Assembly: GCA_015680685.1 (NCBI GenBank)
Contig: MNCI01001040.1
Coordinates: 392,090 to 456,089, forward strand
Length of the DNA stretch: 64,000 nt
Reading direction: 5' to 3'
Source: Gnetum montanum
Lineage: Eukaryota > Plantae > Gnetophyta
The notes below the pieces were generated by a model. The model was not told the origin of the DNA. It was given only the letters and a program-made list of their open reading frames with translations, and searched no databases. The position numbers and the translations under genes were made by a program. Below, one piece after another: positions 51,599 to 64,000 of this stretch (position 1 is the first letter of the stretch; each line of letters begins with the position of its first letter).

Positions 51599-53386
51599 TA
51601 AAACACCACCAAATTTGGGCTACGATGTCTCAATTGAAAATTTCCCTAAGTGCCAAAATGATGCCACTTTCTGCAAATTTTTCTAAGTGCTGGGACTATG
51701 CTCTCCACTGCACCAAAGCATAGTCAACCTAGTGGAGACCATAGTAAGCCCCAAAGAAAGATTTTGTACAATTTTTTCTAAGTGGCAGCATGAAGCAAGA
51801 AGTCACAAATTTTTCCTAAGTGTTGGGACTATGCTCTCCATTGCATGAAAGCATAGTTAGCTCAATATGGATCATAGTCAACACCAAAGGCTAGTTTTGC
51901 AAATTTTCCTAAGTGTCAAGCCAGCAGTTGCAGAGCTTGGTGGGCATGGAAGAAATAGTTTGGCAAGGACTATGCTCTCCACTACACTGGAGTGTATTCA
52001 AGCTTAGTTGGAATGGAAGAAATAGCTTGGCATATTTTCTAAGTGCTAAGACTATGCTCTCCATTTCCTAGGAGCATAGCCAAGCGTAGTCAGTGCTAAA
52101 GGCTCAATTTTTTGCAATTTTTCTAACTATTAAGGCTACGCTTTCCACTACCCTGGAGCATAGTCAAGTGTAGTCAACTATAAGCCTAATTTCTACAAAA
52201 ATTTATCTAAGTGCTTGGACTACACTCAACCTTAGTTGGAAGCATAGTTAGCAACCCCTGGAGTGTAGTCAGCACATGGCCCAAAATTTTGTTAAGTCTA
52301 GGACTACACTCTCCACCAGTCCAAAGCATAGTCAAGTGTAGATAGCCAAAACAACCTCCAAAGGCTTTCACAATGCAACATCGGCATTCACATCAACTCC
52401 AACACACCTTCAACAAGTAGCATGCATTGTTTTTGCACCCCCTTGTCCCAAAATTGTAACTACACTTGACACCACTTGAGACAATGGACAACATAATCCT
52501 AAAGTGTAGTCTCCAAACTTGCATTTTTTGCATTATTGATGGGTACATTATAGTCTATTTTACACATGAACATGCAGTTGGCAGCATAGTCACAATTTGG
52601 CAATCATGCAGAGTCCATTGGAGCACACTAGAGCATAACACCATTTGCTTCAATGAAGAGCATAGTTGGGTGTAGTGTAGTCCCAACTGTCCCACTGCCA
52701 CATGGCAACTGATCCACATTTTGTGCTAATCCTAGTCCTATAAATACCCCTATCCTCTATGTTTTAGGGGTTGGAAAATTTGAAGCAAGCTTGGCATTTT
52801 TGCATTTGGGATTCCTAAAGCATGTTTGGCATCTGAGCAAGGAAGGGCATTCGCAATCCCCCGTAGTCCACTGCACCCCGCAATGGCCAACCTAGTAGGC
52901 ACAGACACTACAATAGAATGTTCATCCTTGTGGATAGGCACCTCGAGACTATGACTACACTATCTACTATGCCTATTGTACATTGCATACCTTTCTCACT
53001 CCATTTAAGGTTATTTATGCTCAGCCTCATTTGCGGTGGTGCCACTTTCTCTCTTGCTCTCCTTCTATGCATTTTTTAGAATTTTATTCACATTTTGGCA
53101 TTTTACTTGCATTTTTCATAATTTTTTCATGTAACCTGACGTTGACACATTTATTTTCGATGGTAACCCTTAACTACACTCACCACCATTAACACAATGA
53201 ACACCACATAAACACTTAGCACCATTATGACATTGGATTTTGTAAGTCCTCATTCGATCAACAAGACCATTCTAGACACCCCGTCTCTACCTCCAACAGG
53301 CCCTCACATGGGTGTGGGATCAAATTTGTGCACTTGTGAACCTCTCGATGTTTCCATTCCAACCACCAATTGTTTTGGTCGCTATA
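51599..53386 (+). repeat. 5' LTR of Tat-C
   Basis: T(G>A)AAACACCACC start, ...GTCGCTATA end, ctataaatacccc at ~52738; homologous to the other family LTRs. Confidence 0.9.
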
Positions 53387-53885
53387 GTTTTCTAGTGCTA
53401 GGAGAGCCAAATCTATTTCCCTCTTTCTAACTTCCTTGGTTGTTGCCTTATGTGCTCTCTACTCCACCATTGCTAGCTTAGGCTAGCATAGACCTAACAC
53501 CCCTATGGACTTGCCCCATGTAGTAGCTAGATCTTAGGCCAATGCAGGCACTGTCTAAAAACTAGTCAATGTAGACTAGACCTTGTTGTCGATTCCCCTA
53601 TAACCTCATGTAGCAACTTTGAAGCATCCCTTCCAACACTTAGCTAATTCTAGGCACTCTCAATGGAGAGCATAGTTGGCTCTCAATGTAGAGAGTGTAG
53701 TCTCAAGACTTAGCCATTTTTTCACAATTTTCAAACTTATTTATTTCTTTTAGAGTCAAATTTTTACAATCTTCATACTTAGCCATTTTTCTACATTTTC
53801 TACAATTAGCTATTTTTTGGCAGTTTCATTACTTAGCCATTTTTCAGCAATTTTCAAAGTTAGCCATTTTTCTTTCACTTACACT

Positions 53886-56800
53886 ATGAACTCTAAGCAA
53901 CCTTTGATGTCAGTTTCAAACACGCTTTCTATCCTACCTATGCAAAAAGAAGATAGAATTGACTATCTTGCTATTCCTACCATGGTAGAGTCAAGGCAAT
54001 CCCTCAGGCTATGTAATCAAGAACCTGAGTACACAATGCTCAATGAAAAGCAGCATGACATCATTTGTGCAAATATCCAAGAAATTCTATTTGTATACTG
54101 CTTAGAAATGGAGGCAAAGAGAAGTTATGAGCTCATACATTGTAATAAACAGGAGTATGACCCTTCTCTTGTTGACTTCATCCTGCTCACCAAACCTTAT
54201 CGATGGATGCTTAGATAGCTCATCTGAGCTAATGAGCATGATGCTAGGACTAATTATGATGAGCCCTTACAAGAAGAATAGGATGATTTTGAAGCTTATT
54301 CTAAGCATGACAACTCTTTCCATACCTCTTTCTAGTAGACAACCCCTACTTTCACTCCTCCACAATCCCACCCATCTATCTTCCTTGAGACAGTTACAAC
54401 CCCAGCATCACCCACCAAGTTAATACATGTGGTGGAAACCCACCAAATGCATTACATGCATTAAGACACAATTCCTCCCTTTAACATACCCTTTTTGGTA
54501 CAATCACAACTTGTCCAATCTTTCCTACCAGCAACCATCATGCTTGCATATCCCTAAATGCACATGGTGCATATCCCTTAGCCTTAAATGACTTAGGCAT
54601 CTTACATCCTACCCATCTCATCTACACCATCAGTAGTGGCCCAAACCATGCATTCATGATTTACCCCAGTCAATGTACCTACAACTCAACCTACACAACA
54701 AGCATCCTATGTGGTCCCACAACCCATAGCTAGGTCATGGGCCACCCAACCAGCATAGCAAGTGACACAACCAACATAGCCTATTGCTACATCTCCAGGC
54801 TTGGATTAGGCATTCTAGCTAATCAAAACTTTAATAGAAGAGGTCAAGTGGCTCAAGGACTCTTCCTCTAAAATAGTCCATGTAGTAAACTTATATTAAG
54901 ATAATCCCATAAGTCCTGCTATGTGACCACTAACTCTTCCAACCGGGATCCCACTTCCTCACTTCACCAAGTACAATGGTGAAGGAGATCCTAATGCACA
55001 CCTCATGACCTTCTAATTTGAGTGCTTACTACTGTAGGCATGGCCACATGCCATTATACGTGGATTTGCCATGTCCCTAACTAGTAAGGTACTCAGTTGG
55101 TACTAGGTCCTTGGAGGACCTGCTCAGCCAATTCATCACACACTTCAAGTAAAACATGAAGCCTAAAACTACTCTTAACCAACTAATGTAGATTAATTAG
55201 GGCCATCTAGAGCCCATGCAAAAGTTTATTTAATGATGGAGCATGTCACTCAATAAAATCCATGAGCCCATAGTAGAAATGCACCTTCTTGCTATTTTCA
55301 AAGGAGCAATCAATGACTTTATTAAGTCAAAGCTATACTATCTAGCCTGTAGTCCTTGAGTTAAGCATTTTCCTAAACTAAAAGCATATAGGACATGGTA
55401 GAAGCTAGCAAGGACCTAGCCTACATGTCCTACAAGAACTTGCACATGATGACAGAAAATGACAAGGGAAAACAAACTACAACCATGGCAACTGTGGCCA
55501 ACGAGGCCAAAGTCACTAACCTAAAGCCAACAACCAAGCCACCCAAGGCCTTAACCAACAACAAGATTGCTAGCCCTAGCACCACAACAAAAAACCAGTC
55601 CACATCATCAGTAGCCATAATGAAAATGGCTCTTAGACCCAACTTTGAGTGTAAGGATTGCTCAAAGTACATCCCATTGACCTAAAATCATTAGAACTCC
55701 TGGACCAACTACTCAAGGCTGGACAAATCCAGTACAAGTAGATATCTAAGGACACTCACAAGACACATGATAGATACTGTGAGCTCCTGAGGAATCCCTC
55801 GACTATAGCCCCAAACAAGCCTCCAATCCCTAAGCACTTTAGGCTAGACTAATTTTGCCATTATCATTAGTTGCCTAGCCACAACACTAACTTTTGCATG
55901 GCCCTATAGGATGACTTACAACACATGATTGATAGGGATGAGTTGGTGCTTGATGCCACTAACCAATTTTGGCCATAGAACCAATCCATGAGGGTATAAA
56001 AAGACCCTCTAAATGTAGATGACACATGGTACATCATTAATGCCATCAATGTTGATGATAATTAAGAATAGGTGTAGTAGCCATTCATGGTTTTTGTGCC
56101 CTTTGGCAATACAAGGGCCCCCTAGATCTCCACAAATTTGAGACAACATTTTATCATTAGAGTGCTACCTCAGGCACCCACAACACCTTTTGTGGTTAGG
56201 AACCCACAACACATTGTAGCAGCAATAGCCTAATCACTCTTTGTCATTAGGATGTCATAGTATGCTGGTTCTTCCCTTGCCCGAAGTCCAATGATAGGTA
56301 ATGCATCAACCCCTTCTCACCCAACGGCAAATACTATAGGTAACACCAAAAAACAATCTAAGTGGCAACCTGGGAGGTCTAACGAGCACCTAATTGATAA
56401 GATGATTCAGTGACATCAAGAGCAGAAGGTGCTAGGTCCATCCAAATCAATCCCCTTGTCCATAGTCCCCATGGCCAAATCAACCAAAGAGGCCACCACT
56501 AGCAAGCAACAACTAAGCACTAAGGCTCCTAAGTAGGCCAAGCAAGCAAAGCCTAGATCCCTTCCACGAGAGATCCATCTCCTAGGATGAATGGAGGAGG
56601 TTAAGGCCAACAAAGCAGCTGACACTAGCAAGGAGTTCTTAGATGCATTAGCCTAGGTGAAGAAAGCCTTAAAGAAAAAGAACACTATGTTGAGCCTATA
56701 TAACCTCATTATGACCTCCCCTACTCATCACAAAGCATTAGTTTTCATGTTAACCTTCATTCCTATCATGAAGGACATCCCAGTAGATGAACACTCCATC

Positions 56801-57557
56801 CATCTTGTGATGTTTCCTCCTACACTGTAGGGATCGAGCTCAACACCCCTAGCATTTCAAAATGAGGCAATCAAGGTTAACCCTAAAAAGATTCAAGTTA
56901 TTACAACACCCATGTTTATCATGATATGCATTGGGCAACACAAAATCTGAAGGGTGCATATTGATGATGGGGTAGTAATAATCATCATCTCATACACCAT
57001 CATTAACAAACTAGGCTTCACCAAACAGATCAAGCCTACAAAAACAACATGCTTAAAATCCTTCAATGGGTCATGCATTTTTTTAGAGGGATTTTCATGA
57101 TAGCTTTCGTGGAAGGGGAAGGATTCCCCATAACTGTTGAGTTCATAGTTATAGAGGAGATGCTAAGCTTCAACCTAATCTTGGGCATGCCTTAGCTAGC
57201 TCAATTATGGGTTGTTTCCTCTCCAATCCATCAAGAAATCCACCTTCCATATGAAGGTGGTAAGGTCATTATACATAGTGACAATGTAGCCCCTCTAACC
57301 ATCAACAACATTGACATGGAGCAAGGGTCCAAGTGGAGTTCCCTAATGGCATGCTTGTAGTGAAGGATGATAGCAAAATGCATGAGGCTAGCCCATCCAA
57401 GCAAACAAAAGAATCCAACAACCTCTTTGAAGATGCTTTGTGGGCAGAATTGCCCTTCAACATAGCTAACGAAGGTCAAGGAGTGTATCATATAGTCCCA
57501 TCTAGGCCCTATAGGCCACCTAACCCACACCAGGATAGGAAACAACTGTGCAACTAA
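53886..57557 (+). pseudogene. gag: gag-protease of Tat-C, decayed
   Basis: LPHFTKYNGEGDPNAHL; VEASKDLAY (shared with Tat-B); VHIDDG..FNLILG.P protease; stop at 57555-57557. Confidence 0.9.
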
Positions 57558-57849
57558 GAAGATTCCTTAGTCCAACACATGCTAGGTGCCTATCTGTCCT
57601 TTGCTTGTACATTTGCATTTCATTTTCTTCTTGTATTACATTAGTCTACACATTTATACTTAGCTTTATTACTTAGACTATGCATTATCTACTTTTTTTG
57701 CATGTTTATTTGCTCTATTGATGCATTTTTCTTAGCCTACATAGTTACTCATTTAGTTTTCCCCTTAGCAGTTATTAGCTTACACATGAAAAACACAAAA
57801 ATGCATAAAAATAAGAAAAGATAAAATCACAAAAAGAGATATAGCACAT

Positions 57850-58165
57850 ATGGCCTACCATGGCCTTAAACTGGCACTGCATAGCCCACCATGGCCCTAA
57901 ACTAGCAATGTATGGCCTAGAATGGTCTTAAAATACCACATGTACTTCTACTAATGTAGGCCACCATGGCCTTAAACTGGCAATGTGTGGCCTGCCATGG
58001 CCTTAAACTAGAAACTCATGGCCTAGAATGGCCTTAAACTACCATCGTAACCCTAAATGGCTTTAAACTAGCACCTTTCATTCCATCATCGCAGCCCGAA
58101 ATGGCCTTAAACTAGCACAAGCCCTCCCGCTATGGCCCTAAACTAACATGGGGCTCATAATGGCC
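57850..58165 (+). repeat. Tandem array A of Tat-C (~32-bp unit atggccttaaact(a/g)gca)
   Basis: About 9 recurrences of ggcc(t/c)taaact(a/g)(g/a)ca. Confidence 0.9.
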
Positions 58166-58399
58166 TAGTTACATTATCACCGCATGATCCAAACTTAGTG
58201 CACCAATCCATCACATTACAAGCATAGTAAGTACAAAATAAAACATAAAAATGAAAGTTTGCAGGTTACACATTAGATATATAGTGAACACATGCATTAG
58301 ACATCACATAAATAATAGTACATAGTATGAGCCACATGGGCAGTAGCAAGAATACTACAAAAATGCAAAAAATACTAGTAGTAGAGCTACATTAGGACA

Positions 58400-61300
58400 T
58401 GCTTAACTAGTGGTACTAGGTGGTGGTGGAGGTCCCTCTTCCCCAGTCACACCATTGGGACCTGCAGCATCTCCTAGTGCTTGTTGCCACAACCACAACA
58501 AAACAAGCAATCAACAAGCAAAACTTGTGCACAAGCTAACATAAAACACATGAAAAAAAGCAAATGAAAACTAACCTAAGAGGTTCTTGCATCAACATCA
58601 TCTAGAGGAAAATTTTCAAGGCCATCCTCCAAACATCGGAGGATCTTAGCCTCTAAAAGTTGCATCCAATCCTACTAGCCAAAGTCAATCCCTATAAGGG
58701 TTTTACCTTTGTCCATGATACTCCATGTGGATGGCTTCATGGAAAAGGTTGTAGAAGAAGCGTCTCCTGAGGGGGTGATGATCTACCTCTCAAGCAAGCC
58801 ACTCACCACTGTATGTCAAGCAAACAACTCATCAAGGAATATCTCAAGGTGACAACATTCAACAAACTCCTCCTTGTACCATCAAAGGTATGCATTGTGC
58901 TCATGCTTGTATTGGTGCTTGTGATTCTTCTGAGTCTATTCCCACTTATACACCTTAGTGCTATAATTTTTCTAGTCTTAGTTTTTCTCAACAAGAAAAT
59001 CAATCTGCAACTACTGCTCAAGTATCTCTCATGTGGTTTCATTTTTGCCTCTAAGAGCTGACCAATAACAAGCGTAGTCTATCTTAGAGGTCCTCCAGGT
59101 GCTATCCCCCTATGACCTAGCAAGTAGAAAGTCATATCAGGATTGAAGTTCCCTGATCTTCTTATCTTGGTTGGTCACTCTCTCTTGGATCTTGTGCAAG
59201 CATTTCCACATGTGCTCATTCAAGTGCCTGTAGACCCATAATGCTTTCACACAAGAAAGTGTACACTTGCTTGCTATCTCATACATGCAACGAGACACCT
59301 GATCTACCTTAGGAGGAAGTTCAGGAAGGGCATCCACATTCGCCACCTTGCTCAGATCCCATCAAAGCTTGAAACCTATTAGCATGTAACAAACAAATCA
59401 ACTCTAGCCATGAACTAAGATTTTGATTGGTAAAACAACACATAAGTAAAGCAACATAGCAAACATACTAAGCTCAAGATCTATTTGCTATAGGTAGTCC
59501 ACCATGTCCTCCACAATACCCTCCATGAAGGTGAATTTATCAAGCATGTCTACCCATAGCTCCATGTGGTAGGTAGACATTGGACTACTAGTAGGCACAT
59601 CTAAGGCTATAACACAATGATGGAATTAGCATGTAACTTGGATAGCTAAAGGTGTTAGAGCAAAATGGTAATAATAGATGGAAATCTAAATTACCTACCT
59701 AGCAAGCCCTCAGGCATGAGTGCAAGAGGGTCATCCAACTATACATCATCAAATAGACAATCAAAATCACCCCCATTGAGATGGAGTAGCCCCTCCTCCT
59801 CCAATTATTAGAGGATCTCTGTGGTGCTAGGTTACTCATCTCCATGGGCTTCCCCCTCCTTAGCTTAGGGAGGTACTTCTTTTGTTACTACCTCTGCTAC
59901 TGCTTCGGCAGCCCTCTCTCCAATCTTTGCAATCAACACATAGCACATTAATACTAGCATAGTAGTATAACATAACACAACAACATAAACATATAAACAT
60001 ATAAAATATAATAAATGCATCTAGCAAGTTATGCATACTAACCTACAACCTCTACATGCAAGCTTTGAAACTTGATTAGGATTTTCTTGTTGCTTGGCCT
60101 CCTAGCCTCAAGAGTAGCCTTCTCTGTAGCACATGGCCTCTTAATCTTTTCCTTGGATGGTCTTGCCATCTCTGCAATGTAGCAGTCTACCTTAGCCACA
60201 TCTTCAGTGCTAAGTAAGGGTGCCTCACCTGCACTATCACGTAAATAGTGTGACTACCCCACAAGACCTTTGGTCATTACTGATAATAACTCATCGATCT
60301 CCTCTAGGGGGTCTTATCCTCATGTGGTCATGAATAGGTTCTTGATCCTTGGCTTTGAGAGCTACTCATAGTCTTGCACCACCCAATTTCCACCATCATG
60401 TATGACCAACAACTCTACAAACCTTTTTAGGCACCTTGTGAAGAATGCAAGGTTAACATGGGATCTCGCATGGATGTTCAACCACAATTGGGAAGTCTCT
60501 ACATGTAATTTGGTCACAATGTAGGCAACCTAATTAAACCTAGTGCCCTCCATTAGTACCTCTTTCATCACCCATGCCTACTTCACCCTAAGGATCTTTC
60601 CTTGGAAGAGTAGCTCTAGAAAGGTGCGGGCACAGAAAAGAGGGTAGAGCTCTCTCATCTTAGGCACAAGCACATCCTTGATTGGTATGCCCTTATAAGG
60701 TTGAGTGGCATCCAACTAGTCCTCAATCTTTCCTCTATGGTCCACCTCCCTACTAGCCTTGTCAACAATCAAAGGGCCATTAGTGGGAAGTCTAAAGAGG
60801 TCAGTGAAGAAGGCCTCATTGAGGTCAAGCACTACCCTCATGCCATGCACACTAGTGACAAACTAGTAGACGTAATTGCTAAATGAGTCAATGATGATGA
60901 CCATTTTAGCCAGCAAAATACTTGGGCTATGGGCCAAAAATAGGTCCATCAACCCTGCATGTGTGAGCCTAGTGGTCAATGCATCCAAGGCCTTATGGCA
61001 CAACCAATGCTACACATCTTCTACATCACCATATTTCATGATAAGGGTGGCCTCTGTATGGCTTGTGGTGATCATTTTCATCTCTCTTAAAGCAAATGTG
61101 ACTGCAACAAAATGTAAAGCAATGTTAAAATTGTGCAAAAGGAAAATTAACAAGCAAAATGTGAGCAATTCCAAGAGCTAAAATGGTAAACACATATGTG
61201 GCACAAATGAAGTATGAGACAGAGGTGGTGGTGTAGACATCTCATCAATGTTAATCATACTAGTAATCTACTCCTCATCCAACCAGTCATGGGCCTTACA

Positions 61301-62003
61301 CCACTCATATGCCCTTAGGTAGCAAGTGCGGTAAGGCTCCAAATCAGACCCCACCTACTCAAGTATAGCTTCCTAAACATTTGTGCTAGAAGAGAACACT
61401 TCTAGGGTGGTGTGAGGTAAAGCTAAAGCATCCATCTCATCGTGTAGGCCTTTCTCATTAACTTTGAATATATCATTAAGTATGAGCCATTAGCAAAATA
61501 GCATGAGTAAGTAGCAAGACATAAACTATGAAAATTTTAAGAGCACTGACCCTCCAACATAGTAAACAATTCTAGGTGGATTCTAGAACAAGGTGTGCAT
61601 GCGCATAGCAACAAAAAGGATGTCACTCTTGTTGTAGCAACTAAACCTCATGATGTGCCAAATCCTAGATAGGTACCAAGTGCCCCTAGGTCCCCCATCT
61701 AAACCACCTACTCCATCACCACCAATAATGGGCTCATTGGACATGAACCTCAAAATGTCCTGATTAGCCCTGAGTAGCAATGTTTTGGTGATGGCACTAG
61801 CAGCCTCCATCGCTAAGTGTGACCACATGATCATACTAAAGTGCTACAATAGGAATTATAGGAACTCATGAGCCCCTAGTTGAAATCACACCACCTATTA
61901 ACCCAGCCACATATCTGGTGTAGGCATGTTGGGAACAAGCTCACTCATGAAGCATAAGATGCCAACAAGCTCCACGACAACTAAGATAGGCTTCAATAGC
62001 ACT
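58400..62003 (-). pseudogene. Antisense multi-exon accessory gene of Tat-C (counterpart of 22081-25751)
   Basis: Donors after 61551, 60043, 59699 and 58576, and acceptors before 62003, 61101, 59606 and 59375, fall at the same protein positions as in Tat-B. Exon peptides align. Confidence 0.8.
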
Positions 62004-63857
62004 CTACAATAGCCAAGCAATGAACAAAGTGTTAGTATACATCCATAGATGCAATTTTGACATAAAAACACTAAATTAAGTCTAGCAAAATAGTTTAGTT
62101 TTTACAATGCTTGCTAGAGCTCCACGGGTATAGGATGTCAACCAATATATTTGATGCATCTCGTACTCACTAGGATACAACATGTTTTGCATAGGATTAG
62201 CATTCCATTTTACATGTTTTCACACATTTAGAATCGTTATAGTTTTTAGTTTTTGATAGTTTAGCATCATTATAATTTGCAAGTTTCACATCGTTATAGG
62301 TTAGCATTGTTGCATTGTGAAAGTTTAGCATTAAGTACAATTTACAAAAATTTCTACAAAATTTTTCTAACTCTGGATAGCGTAGTCTAGAAGGTTGTAA
62401 TTTCTTTTCTAACTCAAAACTACCTCAATGGAGAGTGTAGTCTAGAAATAGAGGCAATTTTTTCAAACTCTAGTGCACCCTGACTACACTCTAGAAAGTG
62501 GAGAGCATAGTCCTAGATAGCTAAAAAAATTTCTAACTCCAAATTACATTCTACACAAGGCATAGTCCTAAAAAAAAACCAACTATTGGGTAGATGTCAT
62601 TTTGATGAACACTTTGTGTCAATTGCACCTTCAACATAAGGATCGTAGTCCTGGCTGTGGCCTATAAGGGGCAAGGTCTCGACCATTGCCCCAATGCTCT
62701 CTCCATGCACTACGCCTTGTTGTAGCACTATACACCATCCACTGCCCTTTTCACCTCACCCTTCCCTATGCACCCTACATCCCCCACTATCATGGGAAGA
62801 ATCACATGTCAACTGCCCACCACAACCACAATCCCTACAGCTGCAACCACAATCATAGCCCTTGTGTCACATCTTTCATCTGCCCCTAAATTTTTAGATG
62901 TTTTTTTTTTAAAAAAATGTAGGAACATGTGCCTTTGGCACCAAGCCTTCCCCCTTGCAATCCCTGTGGCCATGTGGCTGCACCATGGGGTGCAAACACC
63001 CCCACAACCCTAACCATTCCATGGGGTGTAAACATTCCACAGCCTCTTATGATCCCCCAATATGCCTAACCCTTGCTTGCATTCTTCTTCTTTTTTTTTT
63101 GCAAAAAATAAAAAAAATCACAAGGCAAGCCCCTACCNTTTTTTTTTTTGCAAAAAACAAAAAAAATCACAAGGCAAGCCCCTACCTTGCCCCTACCCTA
63201 TGACGAGCTACTCTTAGCCACCATCAAATCCCTCTTCCTTGCCCTATGGGAAAAAAATCAAAAATGAAAAAATTTTAACCCCCACAATACACCCCTACTC
63301 TATGGACAGCAACCCTCAATTGTTACCAAAGCCCCGATCCCTGCTCTACCCTTATCCACCACAAAAACAAAATAGAGAATTCTCCTTTCAAATAAAAAAT
63401 CACAAAATTCCTACATGTAACCCTTCTAGGAGCTTAAAAAATAAAATAAAAAATAGTTTCAGCCAAAACCACCATGCCCTCACATCTGCCTACCCATGGC
63501 CAAGCAAAACCCTTCCCAACCGTAGTGGCCAAAATGACCCATGGCAATGGTAGCCCCTACCATGGCAAGGCATCAACATTCCCTCTCCCAAACCCTCATC
63601 ACAAAATAAAAAAAATAAGAAAAAATGACAAAGGGAATAGTGTAGTTGGGGTACTTGGCAGACACTGGTGCCCTCCTCTCTTCCATGTGTACCTAAGATA
63701 GGTGGCCCAATTCCGACTCCCCCTCATCCACTTTCAGTAGTCCAAGGTGTACACATTCACTTTAGCACATCATTCTAGCCACAACTATGCTCTCTTCACT
63801 GGCAGCACATAACACCAACATCAAGTCTATGCTCTAGATTTCACATTTTTCAAGTTT

Positions 63858-63896
63858 GAAAATGACAACTTACCAATAGTAAAACATGCTTTTATA
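63858..63896 (-). promoter_or_regulatory. Putative internal antisense promoter (TATAAAA + Inr TCATTTT) of Tat-C
   Basis: Minus strand gtataaaagcatgttttactattggtaagttgtcattttc; same spacing as in Tat-B. Confidence 0.6.
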
Positions 63897-64000
63897 CCTC
63901 CCCTGGAATCATTTAATGACCCATCTACCCAAGACTATGCTCCACACTTAGCCAAAATTTTCAACTTTTGGTAGAAGAGTAGGTGGGGGGGGGGGGGGGG

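Larger units (their letters stand above)
51599..64000 (+). mobile_element. Tat-clade Ty3/gypsy element, copy C (5' LTR, gag-PR, array A, antisense gene, spacer; pol presumably beyond the window)
   Basis: LTR 51599-53386, degenerate tRNA-Asn PBS ~53393-53406, internal region collinear with Tat-B. Confidence 0.92.

Noticed and set aside
51599-51686. C-terminus of ORF 51258-51686 as part of copia gag
   Set aside because: It is read-through into the inserted Tat-C LTR.
63085-63190. ~50-bp direct duplication around a single N
   Set aside because: Typical contig-overlap artefact at a gap between homopolymers.
63985-64000. Poly-G run as a G-quadruplex or PPT
   Set aside because: Truncated by the window end, not adjacent to an LTR, and homopolymer length is unreliable.

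Overview
Gene-free, TE-saturated plant heterochromatin-like DNA; every coding region is a decayed transposon pseudogene with heavy C>T/G>A damage. Nesting reconstructed from LTR termini, PBS/PPT and TSDs: (1) the oldest layer is a DNA-transposon transposase remnant with DNCxxxNKN and GHTHEDxD-like motifs (DUF7869/Sola-like; 9712-10095 rejoining 46190-~47250); (2) an Athila-type Ty3/gypsy element (10096-46189, minus, TSD ATTAC, tRNA-Asp PBS) splits it; (3) inside the Athila sit a full-length Tat-type Ty3/gypsy element (Tat-B, 12824-32606, minus) and a solo LTR nested in another solo LTR (33566-37055); (4) two more partial copies of the Tat family lie at the window ends (Tat-A 1-9711; Tat-C 51599-64000, inserted in a Ty1/copia gag). 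The standout system is the Tat family architecture. Gag-protease and RT-RH-aRH-INT are separated by ~5.9 kb holding an antisense gene of at least 7 exons, with introns at matching positions in two diverged copies and its own internal TATA+Inr promoter. Three tandem arrays sharing the core TTAAACT(A/G)GCA bracket these modules, and subfamily-specific motifs are shared between the LTR and the internal region. This suggests a retrotransposon-encoded, spliced, trans-acting accessory factor with cognate cis arrays (hypothesis: a VANC-like anti-silencing or regulatory system).
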